A stretch of 64,000 nt of DNA from Spirochaetaceae bacterium (lineage in GTDB: Bacteria > Spirochaetota > Spirochaetia > DSM-2461): positions 95,783-159,782 of the forward strand of contig JAOPTT010000012.1 in the NCBI GenBank assembly GCA_051531975.1, given 5' to 3'. A program made the translations under genes and the position numbers. Numbering within the stretch: the stretch's first letter is position 1; every line of letters starts with the position of its first letter. The notes under the pieces are model-generated. The model had not been told where the DNA came from, ran no database searches, and saw only the letters and a list, made by a program, of their open reading frames with translations. This document shows positions 50,587-61,280 of this stretch, in pieces.

Positions 50587-52479
50587 TTAATCCTTTACAA
50601 TTGCATTTAATAGATTAAATCTCAAAGAAAGAGCATCTTTTTCTAATACTAAATCAAAGTTTAATACACTCTTCTTAAAAAAGTAATAAGATAAAGCTGC
50701 AAAAGCAGCAGTAGGTATCGCAAGATCTAGTATTAAAGCACTATCGAGAGGGCTATACAGTGAATCAGTAATATCCATAGGTGTTGTAGCGTCATGATAA
50801 TCATCTTTTATCAACGCATTATTAATAGCAACAGCTGTAGCTAGAGCTCCAGTAAGAACTGCCCCACTTAAAAAAGTATAACCTGTTATATTATAAATAA
50901 ATTTATCTCTTTTTGCAATCTTTATAGGTTCTTCAATTTCAAATAATCTATTTTCAATAATATTTAGCTCATAGGATATTGTATGTTTAACATCAGTTAC
51001 TAATATTTTACTCTCTAGATCTGGAAATATCTCAACTAGTTTATAAAATGTATTCTCAGCTTCATTTTTATATCTACCAGTTAATAACCAACTACCCCTT
51101 GGAAGCTCATTATATCCCTCTACCAATTCGTATTGTAAATCTGTAAAATTTTCAGGATTATCCAATATTTTTGTAGGGTAATAAAATTGATCATCACTAT
51201 TTTTATCTATTAGCAGAATGTCTTTATTATCTTCAAAGAAGAAGGACTCTCTACCAGGTTTTATTTTTTTTGCCATAAATTCAACATTGTTATATAGTGG
51301 TTCCGCTGTTTCAAAGTTAATAGAGCCAATAGTAGATATTGGTCCCAAATTCTTTAATAATTCTTCAATTTTGAGTCTTTCTTTTTCAACTAAAAGTAAG
51401 GCTGATTTAGCTTCTTCTGATAACTTTTGGGCTTCTAGAATTGAGCTTTCAGCTCTCTGTTCAGCTTTCAGTTTGCTTTCTAAAGCTATTTCTAAAGCCT
51501 TTTCAGCTTCAGCTTTATCTAATTTACTACTCTCTAGAAGCACTGAATTTGCTAATTCAATAGCTTCTTTAGCTAACTCGATATTTTGTAACAGTGCAGC
51601 CGTTTTTAGTGCCTCTATTCCTATTGCAATAGATGCAGCTTCAGCTACTTGTTCAGCAAATTTTTTATCTTCTTCAGCTTGTATTAGTTTTGCTCGTGCT
51701 TCTCGAATTTTTGATGAAACTAAATAAAAGCTTGATGATAGACTAGCACTAATCCATGGTATCTGATTATTATTTGTTGTTTTTTTTACACTTAATGTAA
51801 CTGATCTAAACATATCCTCTAGTTTTTCACTATTATCTATATACTTTAGAAATGAAGTTGTAAATACTCCGTTTCTGCCGTTTCCATCTAAAGCAACATC
51901 TCCTGGGGAAGTTGCAAAAATTATAGCTGATCCAATATCTCCACCCGAAACTTGAACAACAGATAGACCTCGAGATTTAGAAGAGCTTCTTGATGCTACT
52001 TTGGCAAAGGGATTATCTCTACATGCATCTAATATCAATAGACTCATATCTGGTTTTATTATATTAAAAACTTCGGAGATATAGCTTAAACTAACTGCAT
52101 CTAACTTAACATCATCGACTGTTTCAAGTTTTGTTTTAATAGGCAGTAAATAGTTTTCTCCATCAATTTGCATTCCGTGTCCTGCGTAGTAGATAAGAAC
52201 TGAAGGATTCTCATAATCCATAGCTACATTTTTAAAGTTTGTAATTGATTTTAACATATTTCGTCTATCTGCATCTAAAACTAGGGTAACATCCCAACCA
52301 ATAGATTCTAACTTCTCAGATATATCAATAGCATCATTAACTGGGTTTTTTAATTTGGCCGACCCTGAATAATCAGCATTACCAATAACCAATGCCAGTC
52401 TATTTTCTTCTTGTGAATAAATCGAAAACATAATGAAATTAATACACAAAAGGACTAGTGTTTTTTTAATGTTTATCAT
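50587..52479 (-). CDS. caspase-like (Peptidase C14) protein with signal peptide, coiled coil and C-terminal TM segments
   Basis: ALVIGN..Y, L.NPVNDA, YYAGHG, ILDACR.NP, A.DG.GRNG.FT, Q.PW. Confidence 0.9.
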   Translation of the reverse strand: MINIKKTLVLLCINFIMFSIYSQEENRLALVIGNADYSGSAKLKNPVNDAIDISEKLESIGWDVTLVLDADRRNMLKSITNFKNVAMDYENPSVLIYYAGHGMQIDGENYLLPIKTKLETVDDVKLDAVSLSYISEVFNIIKPDMSLLILDACRDNPFAKVASRSSSKSRGLSVVQVSGGDIGSAIIFATSPGDVALDGNGRNGVFTTSFLKYIDNSEKLEDMFRSVTLSVKKTTNNNQIPWISASLSSSFYLVSSKIREARAKLIQAEEDKKFAEQVAEAASIAIGIEALKTAALLQNIELAKEAIELANSVLLESSKLDKAEAEKALEIALESKLKAEQRAESSILEAQKLSEEAKSALLLVEKERLKIEELLKNLGPISTIGSINFETAEPLYNNVEFMAKKIKPGRESFFFEDNKDILLIDKNSDDQFYYPTKILDNPENFTDLQYELVEGYNELPRGSWLLTGRYKNEAENTFYKLVEIFPDLESKILVTDVKHTISYELNIIENRLFEIEEPIKIAKRDKFIYNITGYTFLSGAVLTGALATAVAINNALIKDDYHDATTPMDITDSLYSPLDSALILDLAIPTAAFAALSYYFFKKSVLNFDLVLEKDALSLRFNLLNAIVKD

Positions 52480-52713
52480 AACTGTTTATATAATAAATTA
52501 TAATTATTTTCAATACAATTATTTTTTGTAGAATTTAAAATAAGATACAGTGAGATTTTCATATAAAATAATCTATAGGAAACTGTTCTTAACCACCAGA
52601 TCATCCTCTTATTTGATTATGGAAATAATTCACTATTTTAATTCTATATAGTTAAATACACCATATCCTAGGCACAGAGGATCCTAAGTGTTTCTGGATT
52701 AGTTAGATGAAAA

Positions 52714-55077
52714 CTAATAAGGGAATGTTATCTTAAATATCAATCCCTTAGGTTTTCCCAAATGACACTCCATTGTACCGTTTAAATTAACACGTACAAG
52801 ATTATAGGCAATAGTTAATCCTAAGCCGGTATATCCCTGACCTCTATTAGTTGTATAGAATGGATTAAAAATATTTGACAATAGTTTTTTAGAACAAAGA
52901 ATACCGTTATCCTCAAAAATAATATTTATATTTCCCTTTTTCTTAAAAGCAGTAATATGTATAACACCATCATTTGAATCAGAAAAACCATATATTAGAG
53001 AATTTTCCAGCAGTTCACTGAATATTTGATCAAATATAATTGCATAGCTCTTAATATTAATCTCATCTAAAGATTCAACTATAACTTTTACATTGGATTT
53101 ATCAAGATCACTCTTTTTCCTCAGTATAATAGTATTTATTTGCTCAATAAGGTTAAAAGAAGTTTTTGTGTAAATATCAGCACTTAAAGTAATTTTTTTA
53201 AACCTCTGTATTAGATTAATAGTATTTGCTAAATTGTTGTCAACTAATGGTAATATTTGATTTGATTCATTAAAAAAATCCTCTATATCAATTTTATTTA
53301 ACTTACCACTCTTATAGATTTCATTTAATTTTTTTATTTTATCCTTTAAAAAAGATGTTGCTGTTAATATTATTCCAACGGGAGTATTTATTTCGTGGGC
53401 TAATCCAGATACAAGACTACCTAAAAACTCTATTTTTTTTGATTCTACAAGAAGCTTTTGTGTCTCTTCCAGCTGATTTAAATAGAGAATATTCATCAGA
53501 GCACTATTGATATTAGTCTGGATACTTTCATAAAAAGTATTGTTGTAGTTATTTGAGTCAAGCACTATATATCCAAAGAAACGACTTACCGAGAATAGAG
53601 GAAATGAAATCAGAGTAGATCTCTTTTGTGGAAGATATTCTTCAGGTACAAATTTATCCACGAATATAGAGTCTTTACCTTTTTTGTATTTTATGGCTTT
53701 ACCTTCCTTGAATCCATGTACCAGTTTTAGCCTATTTTCTGAGTGGAATTCATCATATAAAACAATATAATAACTATTTATCCCGTTATCTGCAAAAAGA
53801 TGGTCAATATTTTGATATAGATTTGGAAGATCTTCAGAAGTAAGCACTCTTTCATTTTTCAGTCTTGTTTCAACTATATTTTCTCTATATGTAATCTGAT
53901 CATGTAAAACCCTAGAAATCTTTACATCATTAAATAGCGTTATTAGTTTGTTTATAATGTCCCATAGTAGTTCTTGATTCTCAATTTTCATATTTTTTAA
54001 CAGAGTTAAGACATAATCTTCAAAAGCTAAAAGAGATGAATCATCACTGCATGTGTAGATGATTTTCTGAACCTCTTTAATAAAAGAGTCACTTTTTGGA
54101 TAAAAAATATTATTGTTAAATATTTCCATCATTCTATCATCATCTATTTTCTTTATATAATTCGTATCTATTTTTTTATTATTGTAACTAAAACATCCAC
54201 AGGATTCATTGATAACAAGTTCAGGCATCAGGATTTTTTTTGTATTACACTCCCGGCCTTCAAGAATTGATAATAATAGCTGCACAGTAGATGCATCAAT
54301 TTTATCTAGAGATTGATCTATAGTAGTTATTCTGGGATGTTGATTTTTTGCTAAAGAACTATTATCAAAACCCGTTACTGCCATATCATTTGGAACGCTA
54401 TACCCATATCTTTTTAGCAGATCAATTGACTTACTTGCCATGCAATCATTTGCACAAACTATAACATCCCATTTTAGAAGACCTTTTTTTAATAGGGGTT
54501 CTAAAACAGGAATAACACTATCCGGTGTAAAATCACCATATAAAATATCTTCCCTATTTAAAATAATATTATGCTTTTTTAAATTCTTCTGAACACTATT
54601 CAGACGGATTATACTTTCAGGATTTTTTTTTGGACCACTTACATAGAGGAACTTTTTTAAATTATGCACCTCTACTAGATGATCTATCATAATTTTCATT
54701 CCATATTCATTGTCTATGATTATGGATGGTTTATTTTCTAAAGGAAGACTTATACTTACAATATTATTATCTATAATTTTTTTTAGTTTCTGTAAATAAT
54801 ATTCCTGACCTACATAGCTGCATATTGAGCTACTGGATAAAATGATACCGTCAAAAATCTTTGGATTAATAAATTTAAACAGTTCATTAAATATTATCTT
54901 ATGTGTTTTAATATCTTGTAGGTTTTTACCGGAAAACATTATTAGATCTATATCATTTTTTATACACTCTTTTTCAATACTCTCCCAAATCTGTCTATTA
55001 TATTCATCACCTTCAAAGAAAGTTGTAATATAAGCAAATCTGTATCTAGATCTGTTATGTCCCGATTTGATCTTCAT
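52714..55077 (-). CDS. histidine kinase with N-terminal LacI/PBP sugar-binding domain
   Basis: CAND.MA, VP.D.AVTGFD, ESCGC; GLAHEINTP, NPFYTT.R..G.TGLGL. Confidence 0.88.
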   Translation of the reverse strand: MKIKSGHNRSRYRFAYITTFFEGDEYNRQIWESIEKECIKNDIDLIMFSGKNLQDIKTHKIIFNELFKFINPKIFDGIILSSSSICSYVGQEYYLQKLKKIIDNNIVSISLPLENKPSIIIDNEYGMKIMIDHLVEVHNLKKFLYVSGPKKNPESIIRLNSVQKNLKKHNIILNREDILYGDFTPDSVIPVLEPLLKKGLLKWDVIVCANDCMASKSIDLLKRYGYSVPNDMAVTGFDNSSLAKNQHPRITTIDQSLDKIDASTVQLLLSILEGRECNTKKILMPELVINESCGCFSYNNKKIDTNYIKKIDDDRMMEIFNNNIFYPKSDSFIKEVQKIIYTCSDDSSLLAFEDYVLTLLKNMKIENQELLWDIINKLITLFNDVKISRVLHDQITYRENIVETRLKNERVLTSEDLPNLYQNIDHLFADNGINSYYIVLYDEFHSENRLKLVHGFKEGKAIKYKKGKDSIFVDKFVPEEYLPQKRSTLISFPLFSVSRFFGYIVLDSNNYNNTFYESIQTNINSALMNILYLNQLEETQKLLVESKKIEFLGSLVSGLAHEINTPVGIILTATSFLKDKIKKLNEIYKSGKLNKIDIEDFFNESNQILPLVDNNLANTINLIQRFKKITLSADIYTKTSFNLIEQINTIILRKKSDLDKSNVKVIVESLDEINIKSYAIIFDQIFSELLENSLIYGFSDSNDGVIHITAFKKKGNINIIFEDNGILCSKKLLSNIFNPFYTTNRGQGYTGLGLTIAYNLVRVNLNGTMECHLGKPKGLIFKITFPY

Positions 55078-55192
55078 ATTATAATTATAATATTGAGAAT
55101 TCTAATATGCAATATATTTTTGCTTAGATATTAAAACTAACCGTTTCATAAAAGCTACTTGTAAAATAAAATAAAGAATAATAACATAAAGT

Positions 55193-55918
55193 ATGAGAAA
55201 TTTAAAAGATAAAGTTGTGTTAATTACAGGTGCAAGTAGAGGAATTGGAGCAGAGATTGCTAGAAATATTTCTCTAATTGGTGGGAATATAATACTTGCT
55301 GCAAGATCAATAGATAATATGAATAAAATTGCAGATGAAATAAAATCTAATGGTGGAAATGTCGAAGTTGAGTATCTCGATATGCTTAGCGAGGAATCGA
55401 TAAAGAAACTTATATTTAACGTTAAGAAAAAATATGGGAAAATTGATGTATTAGTTAATAATGCAGGAGTTACTCACTCTGATCTTTTAAAAGAGACACC
55501 CACTGCATCCTGGGATTTGTGCATGAATATAAATGCACGAGGTCCATTTATCTTAATTAAAGAAGCTTTATCTCTTTTAGAACAGTCAGATAGAAGTTTT
55601 ATTATAAATATTGGTTCTGTAGTTAGTATTAAAGGATATCCATCTCAATCTGCTTATACCGCATCTAAACACGCCCTACGTGGGATGACTATGTCTTTAT
55701 CAGAAGAGTTAAATGGTTCAAATATAAGTGTTCATATGATTGCTCCTGGTGGAGTTGATACAGATATGGTTGGAGATGTTAGACCAGATATAAATAAAGA
55801 AGAACTTATTCTTCCCTCTGAGATAGCTGAAATTGTCCGATTTATAATTACCAGAGAGGGCAGAGGTATTCTTGATGAGTTTAGAATTAGGCGTGGAAGT
55901 TCGTCTCCATGGTTTTAG
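55193..55918 (+). CDS. SDR oxidoreductase
   Basis: TGASRGIG, NNAG, YTASK. Confidence 0.93.
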   Translation: MRNLKDKVVLITGASRGIGAEIARNISLIGGNIILAARSIDNMNKIADEIKSNGGNVEVEYLDMLSEESIKKLIFNVKKKYGKIDVLVNNAGVTHSDLLKETPTASWDLCMNINARGPFILIKEALSLLEQSDRSFIINIGSVVSIKGYPSQSAYTASKHALRGMTMSLSEELNGSNISVHMIAPGGVDTDMVGDVRPDINKEELILPSEIAEIVRFIITREGRGILDEFRIRRGSSSPWF

Positions 55919-56085
55919 ATATGAAACATCATTTAGTTGACTATCATAAATTCTTTTCAAATAACCTTAGTTATGTATAAATCAGATTCACATACTCTGA
56001 ATTTTATCTAAATGATAATATGTATAAATAACGATATAAAATAATTGAATTATACATATGATAAACCTATCATTTAAATAGATCA

Positions 56086-58440
56086 TTGGATAAACATTAT
56101 TTATTCATGTGTAAGGGGGGAGCTATTAATCTTCTAATAAAAATAAAGCTTCATTTAGTCGCCTATATTCTACTTATGTGTTTAATAATGTTAGTTGTCT
56201 TGGCACTTTATGTCATGAATAACAGACAGATTCAACAACTGGAAATACATGAACACTCCTTACAGTTGGCAGATGAATTACGGCAGAGTTCGGATGATCT
56301 AACCCGTATGGTTCGGACATACGTGGTCACCGATAATCCAATGTATGAAGATCAGTATTGGAAAGTTCTGGCTATTCGTAACGGTGAAATCCCGAGACCC
56401 CAAAACTATAACAACATATATTGGGATCTTGTAATAGAACCCAGGATGAAGCCATCTCCAGATACAATAGCAACTCCTTTACGGCAGCTTATGGAAAAAG
56501 CTGGATTTACAGATGAAGAGTTATCAAAGCTCGCTGAGGCTCAGTCAAACTCTGATAATTTGGTGGAAACTGAACTCGTGGCTATGAATGCGATGAAGGG
56601 CATAATTGACACAACTGTCATTTTATCACCACATAATGGAGAATCAAACCAGCAATTTGCCATAAGAATTCTACATAGTAGTTTATATCATCGTTATAAA
56701 GCCAGTATAATGAAACCAATAGGTGAATTCCTAGATTTAGTCTCAATTAGAACACATAATAAGATTCAAAATACTTCTAATAATATAATAAGGTTAAACA
56801 TATCTTTAGTTATTTTAGTGTTTTTATCTCTTCTTTCATTTGCTAATCTTTTTCATATTACTCGTTTAGAGATGGCATCTAGAATATCCAGTGAACAGAA
56901 AGCACTTCATTCAACAACACACCTAAGGACAGTAATCAATTCTATACCTGATCTTATATGGCTTAAGGACCATGATGGAAAATATATTACCTGTAACTAC
57001 CGGTTTGAACTTTTTTTGGGGCTTGATGAAAAAGAAATTATAGGAAGAACTGATTATGACTTTTTTCCAAAGGAACGTGCAGACTCTTTTAGAAATAATG
57101 ATCAAAAAGTTCTTGATTCTGGTTTGAACAATGTCATTGAAGAGGAAATAACTTTTGCTAGTGACGGCCATAAAGAGTTAATTGAAATAACTAAAACCTA
57201 TCTCTATGATGTAAATCGAAAAATTGTTGGTACATTGGGAATCGGTCACGATATAACAGCAAGGAAAGCTGTAGAATATGAAACATCAAAACTGACAGAA
57301 CAGTTGCATCAAAGCCAAAAGATGGAAGCTATCGGGCAGCTAGCTGGTGGAATTGCTCATGATTTCAATAATTCTTTAGGTGGGATTATTTCAGCAACTG
57401 AGCTTCTTCTACTAGTTAAAAACAATGATAAGAAACAAATAAAATACTTAGAGTTGATACTCTATGCTGCTGTGAGAGCTGGGGAATTAACCAAAAAGCT
57501 TCTTCTGTTTTCAAGAAAAGGAGTTAAGGCTAGCTCTACAGTAGATATGTCAAAAGTAATAGGCGACACCAAAGATCTTTTGGCCCATGTTCTTAATAAA
57601 AATATCTCTATATCGATCGATAACAACGCAGAAAATACCAAAATAATTGGTGATGACTCACAACTACAGAATGCCATTATGAATATGGCAATTAATGCAA
57701 GTCAAGTAATGCCTAAAGGAGGGGATATCGTATTTATATTGGCAAATCAGGAACTTGATGTAAATTATTGTAAGGCTTCATTATTTGATATAAATCCTGG
57801 GAAATATATAGAAATAATTATTCGTGATAATGGTAGTGGAATGTCACAACTAACCCAGTCCCATATCTTTGAACCTTTTTTTACTACCAAAGATTTGGGA
57901 AAAGGAACCGGACTCGGGTTGGCAACAGTCTATGGAACAATTCATGATCATAAAGGTGCTATCACAGTCTACTCTGAAGTGGGCACGGGTACGGTTTTTC
58001 ATATATATCTACCTCTTACTGATGTAGTATCATCCCCTACAAAAACAGAAAATATTCCCCTAGGAACTGGAAATATTTTGTTAATCGATGATGAAGAGTT
58101 AATTCGTATTACTGCTAAAGCTTTACTTGTTTCGCTTGGATATAATGTGATTTGTGCGGAGAATGGCTTAACTGGGGTACAGACATTTTCAGAAAAGCAC
58201 CAAGAAATTGACCTGATTATTCTCGATATGATTATGCCTGTTATGGGTGGCCGTCAAGCTTTTACACTGATTCGTGAAATCGATCCTAAAATACCAGTGA
58301 TAATCTCTTCTGGATTTGCCAAAGATTCAGAAATGGAAGAGTTGAAAAAACATGGGGTATCAGGATATATTCATAAACCTTTCAATAGAGCAGAGCTTGC
58401 AAGGGTGGTATCAAATAATATTCCAAATATAGCGATCTAA
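56086..58440 (+). CDS. hybrid sensor histidine kinase (TM-PAS-HisKA-HATPase-REC); start uncertain
   Basis: ELRQSSDDLTRM.R.YV sensor domain, GQLAGGIAHDFNN, GTGLGL, REC DMIMP. Confidence 0.92.
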   Translation: MDKHYLFMCKGGAINLLIKIKLHLVAYILLMCLIMLVVLALYVMNNRQIQQLEIHEHSLQLADELRQSSDDLTRMVRTYVVTDNPMYEDQYWKVLAIRNGEIPRPQNYNNIYWDLVIEPRMKPSPDTIATPLRQLMEKAGFTDEELSKLAEAQSNSDNLVETELVAMNAMKGIIDTTVILSPHNGESNQQFAIRILHSSLYHRYKASIMKPIGEFLDLVSIRTHNKIQNTSNNIIRLNISLVILVFLSLLSFANLFHITRLEMASRISSEQKALHSTTHLRTVINSIPDLIWLKDHDGKYITCNYRFELFLGLDEKEIIGRTDYDFFPKERADSFRNNDQKVLDSGLNNVIEEEITFASDGHKELIEITKTYLYDVNRKIVGTLGIGHDITARKAVEYETSKLTEQLHQSQKMEAIGQLAGGIAHDFNNSLGGIISATELLLLVKNNDKKQIKYLELILYAAVRAGELTKKLLLFSRKGVKASSTVDMSKVIGDTKDLLAHVLNKNISISIDNNAENTKIIGDDSQLQNAIMNMAINASQVMPKGGDIVFILANQELDVNYCKASLFDINPGKYIEIIIRDNGSGMSQLTQSHIFEPFFTTKDLGKGTGLGLATVYGTIHDHKGAITVYSEVGTGTVFHIYLPLTDVVSSPTKTENIPLGTGNILLIDDEELIRITAKALLVSLGYNVICAENGLTGVQTFSEKHQEIDLIILDMIMPVMGGRQAFTLIREIDPKIPVIISSGFAKDSEMEELKKHGVSGYIHKPFNRAELARVVSNNIPNIAI

Positions 58441-58467
58441 ATAAAAATGTACTCGTTAATTCTGTTC

Positions 58468-58782
58468 TTAATAACGATCCCTTTTTTTCCGTGACCGTCT
58501 CCCGGCACTACCTCCACTACCTCCAGCAAAGGCTAAAACTCCAATTAGATAGCCAAGATTATATAAAGGACCTGCATTGTGTACTTCATAAATATTTATT
58601 TCGTTATTAAATAATGAGCCAATAAAAGTAAAAAACACTATAGCTCCATGCCAAAGCCCTTTCCAAAATCCAGCTAAGTCACCACTGGCATCAGGTGTTT
58701 TTACTAGATCATTTACACCAGGTGCACAAGAAACTACTACTAACAGTAGTATTAATATCATACTTATGTATCTCTTTTTCAT
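58468..58782 (-). CDS. small membrane lipoprotein
   Basis: VVSC lipobox; AGFW.GLWHG, IYEVHN.G..Y. Confidence 0.7.
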   Translation of the reverse strand: MKKRYISMILILLLVVVSCAPGVNDLVKTPDASGDLAGFWKGLWHGAIVFFTFIGSLFNNEINIYEVHNAGPLYNLGYLIGVLAFAGGSGGSAGRRSRKKRDRY

Positions 58783-59043
58783 TTTAACTCTCCAAAATTA
58801 AATTGTAATAAAGTAATTTTAATTCTTTTTGTTCAATTTTTCATTAGATTTTTTTAAAATAAATAAATTCTCTCAAACACAATTAAAAGTAACATAAAAC
58901 ATTTACTTAAAAGTAGGAACTCTTAGTTTTTTTGATATTACAGGTTATTGAAATGAAAAAATGTTTTATAGTGTTTTAACTGAGTCTACTATGTTTAACT
59001 AAAGAAGCAATTTTAGACTTGTAACACAGTTGTTATATTTTTA

Positions 59044-59108
59044 TTGACAGTACTAATTTTAAAATTTAGAATGTTATATACATAAGACCTGATAATGTAT
59101 ATAACATT
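59044..59108 (+). promoter_or_regulatory. sigma70 promoter overlapped by two GntR-type operators
   Basis: TTGACA-17 bp-TAGAAT; AATGTTATATACATA at 59070-59084 and AATGTATATAACATT at 59094-59108. Confidence 0.8.
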
Positions 59109-59136
59109 GATGTTAGAAAATGGAAGAGGTGATAAA

Positions 59137-60231
59137 ATGAAATTAAAACCAATCTTTTTATATAATATGAGAGTAGAGAGAACTTATACAGGGGGTAAAC
59201 TGTTAGATCAATGGCAGGGAATTAACCCAGCAATTGACGGATGGAAACCTGAAGAATGGGTATCTTCTATTACTCCCTCAAGGTATGCAGAAGATCCAAA
59301 TACCGGCCTTAGTATAATTAAAAACAGAAATTTAGATGGTATATTATTAAAGGATTATTTATCAAAAAGTCCAAAAGTTTTTCTTGGGGAAAACCATTAT
59401 AATAAATATGGACTAAGCTTTGGTTTTTTAATGAAAATCATCGATTCAGATAATAGGCTCAATATTCAGACCCATCCTGATAGAGAGCATGCAAAATTAT
59501 ATTTTGATTCTGATTATGGGAAAACAGAAGCGTGGTATGTAATGGATACCAGAATAATTAATGATGAAGAACCTTATATTCTTTTAGGCTTTAAAGTTGG
59601 AATCACTAAAAAGAAGTGGGTGGAACTAATAGAGAAGCAGGATATTCCAGGAATGCTTGAATGCCTTCATAAGTTACCTGTTAAAAAAGGTGACGTTTTT
59701 ATTATAGAAAGTGGTGTTCCTCATGCTATTGGAGCCGGTTGTATGATTGCAGAGATACAGGAACCAACAGACTTTACTTTTAGAGTTGAAAAGATTTCAT
59801 CACCTGGAAAAGTTTTTCCAGAGGAGACATACCATCAAGGTATCGGATATGAAAAGATGTATAACTGTTTTGATTACAAAGGTTATACCAAAGCTGATGT
59901 TATTTCAAAAATGAAGTTGCCTTCAATAATACAAAAAGAGAATGAGAACTTTATTCAGGTACCAATTGTTAAAACAGAAAATACCCCTTTCTTTTCCATG
60001 GAAAAGCTTACTGTAAAAAGTCGGTGGGATATGAATAATAACGATACTTTCTGTGTAGTTTATATACTAAATGGTAGTGGAAGTTTAGTTTGCAACAACG
60101 AGGAATTTAATATTAAAAAAGGTGATGAACTTTTTATACCTAACTCAATAGATAAAATAACTTTTATTAATGAAGAGGACGTTTATATTGAGTTATTAAT
60201 TAGTTATCCACCAGACTTTATACTTCAATAA
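59137..60231 (+). CDS. class I mannose-6-phosphate isomerase-like cupin
   Basis: PEEW, L.K.ID....L.IQ.HP, GKTEAW, PHAIG.G....EIQEP.D. Confidence 0.85.
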   Translation: MKLKPIFLYNMRVERTYTGGKLLDQWQGINPAIDGWKPEEWVSSITPSRYAEDPNTGLSIIKNRNLDGILLKDYLSKSPKVFLGENHYNKYGLSFGFLMKIIDSDNRLNIQTHPDREHAKLYFDSDYGKTEAWYVMDTRIINDEEPYILLGFKVGITKKKWVELIEKQDIPGMLECLHKLPVKKGDVFIIESGVPHAIGAGCMIAEIQEPTDFTFRVEKISSPGKVFPEETYHQGIGYEKMYNCFDYKGYTKADVISKMKLPSIIQKENENFIQVPIVKTENTPFFSMEKLTVKSRWDMNNNDTFCVVYILNGSGSLVCNNEEFNIKKGDELFIPNSIDKITFINEEDVYIELLISYPPDFILQ

Positions 60232-60234
60232 TAA

Positions 60235-60267
60235 AAATGACACCTTGGGTTTCCTTGGTGTCATTTG
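60235..60267 (+). terminator. intrinsic terminator-like hairpin
   Basis: AAATGACACC...GGTGTCATTT. Confidence 0.7.
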
Positions 60268-60305
60268 CGGTAAATCACGTTTGATTACATTAAGGACAAA
60301 ATCTA

Positions 60306-61169
60306 ATGCAAAACAATAAAATGGCAATTCCTGCAATAATTCTGGCTACAGCACTAGGTGCATCCAGCGGTTTATATATAAAATCACTACCTTTTAGTAG
60401 CCTGGCACTTACGGGTTTCCGAATGGGTATTCCTTTTCTCTTTTTTCTTCCTTTAATGATTAAAAGAGGATTGCTATTGGGATCTCCTAAAAATAGAAAG
60501 AAACTACTTGTTGGTTCTGTTCTGAATTCTCTTAGAATGATTTTTTATGTAATGTCATATAAATTGACAACTTTAACCAATGCTGTGGTTCTTTTATATC
60601 TTTGGCCCATATTCGCTCTCCTACTAAATGCAGTTATTACCAAAAAAAAGCTTAAACTTAGGGAAGTTTCACTCTTAACTATGGCTTTATCAGGAGTAGT
60701 ATTTTTAAATATTCATAAAGGGTTCTCTTTCTCGGGTAATGATCTAACAGGTAGTGTTTTAATGATTATATCAGCTATTATATTAGCGGTTACGACTTTG
60801 CTTTTTAAAGATGTTCTTAATGATCATACTGAGGGTGAAGTTCTCTATTTTCAGAATGCATTTGGAGCACTTATTTTTATCCCTATAGTAATATTAGAGA
60901 TCCCCAGTGTTGCATTAATACCCACATTTACTGGAATCTTTTATGGTTTGTCTGTTGGAATTATCGGTTTTGGATGTTTCTTTTATGCATTAAAAAGACT
61001 TACCATTTTTCAATATGGTGCCTTTGGATATATCGAAGTGTTTTTTGGGGTACTATTTGGCATATTTCTACTTGGTGAAGATTTAAGCTGGAACATTATC
61101 ATTGGAGTAATTCTTATTCTAGTAAGTAGCTTTTTATCAAGAGTTTCGAAGAAGGAAAATATAGACTGA
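60306..61169 (+). CDS. DMT/EamA family transporter
   Basis: Two EamA repeats, about 10 TM segments. Confidence 0.88.
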   Translation: MQNNKMAIPAIILATALGASSGLYIKSLPFSSLALTGFRMGIPFLFFLPLMIKRGLLLGSPKNRKKLLVGSVLNSLRMIFYVMSYKLTTLTNAVVLLYLWPIFALLLNAVITKKKLKLREVSLLTMALSGVVFLNIHKGFSFSGNDLTGSVLMIISAIILAVTTLLFKDVLNDHTEGEVLYFQNAFGALIFIPIVILEIPSVALIPTFTGIFYGLSVGIIGFGCFFYALKRLTIFQYGAFGYIEVFFGVLFGIFLLGEDLSWNIIIGVILILVSSFLSRVSKKENID

Positions 61170-61280
61170 TACTTATACTAATTTTTTTTTATCTAAACAT
61201 AGAACTTGATAGTTTATAAGTTTAATTATGTTGTGAAGTTTAAACTGACCACTTTATATGACCAGTTTAACTAACTAATG

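Noticed and set aside
51218..51727. 169-aa plus-strand ORF
   Set aside because: Antisense shadow of the caspase coiled-coil region. The same applies to other short antisense or overlapping ORFs such as those at 1529, 5921, 7093, 7932, 22029, 32998, 45886 and 57462.
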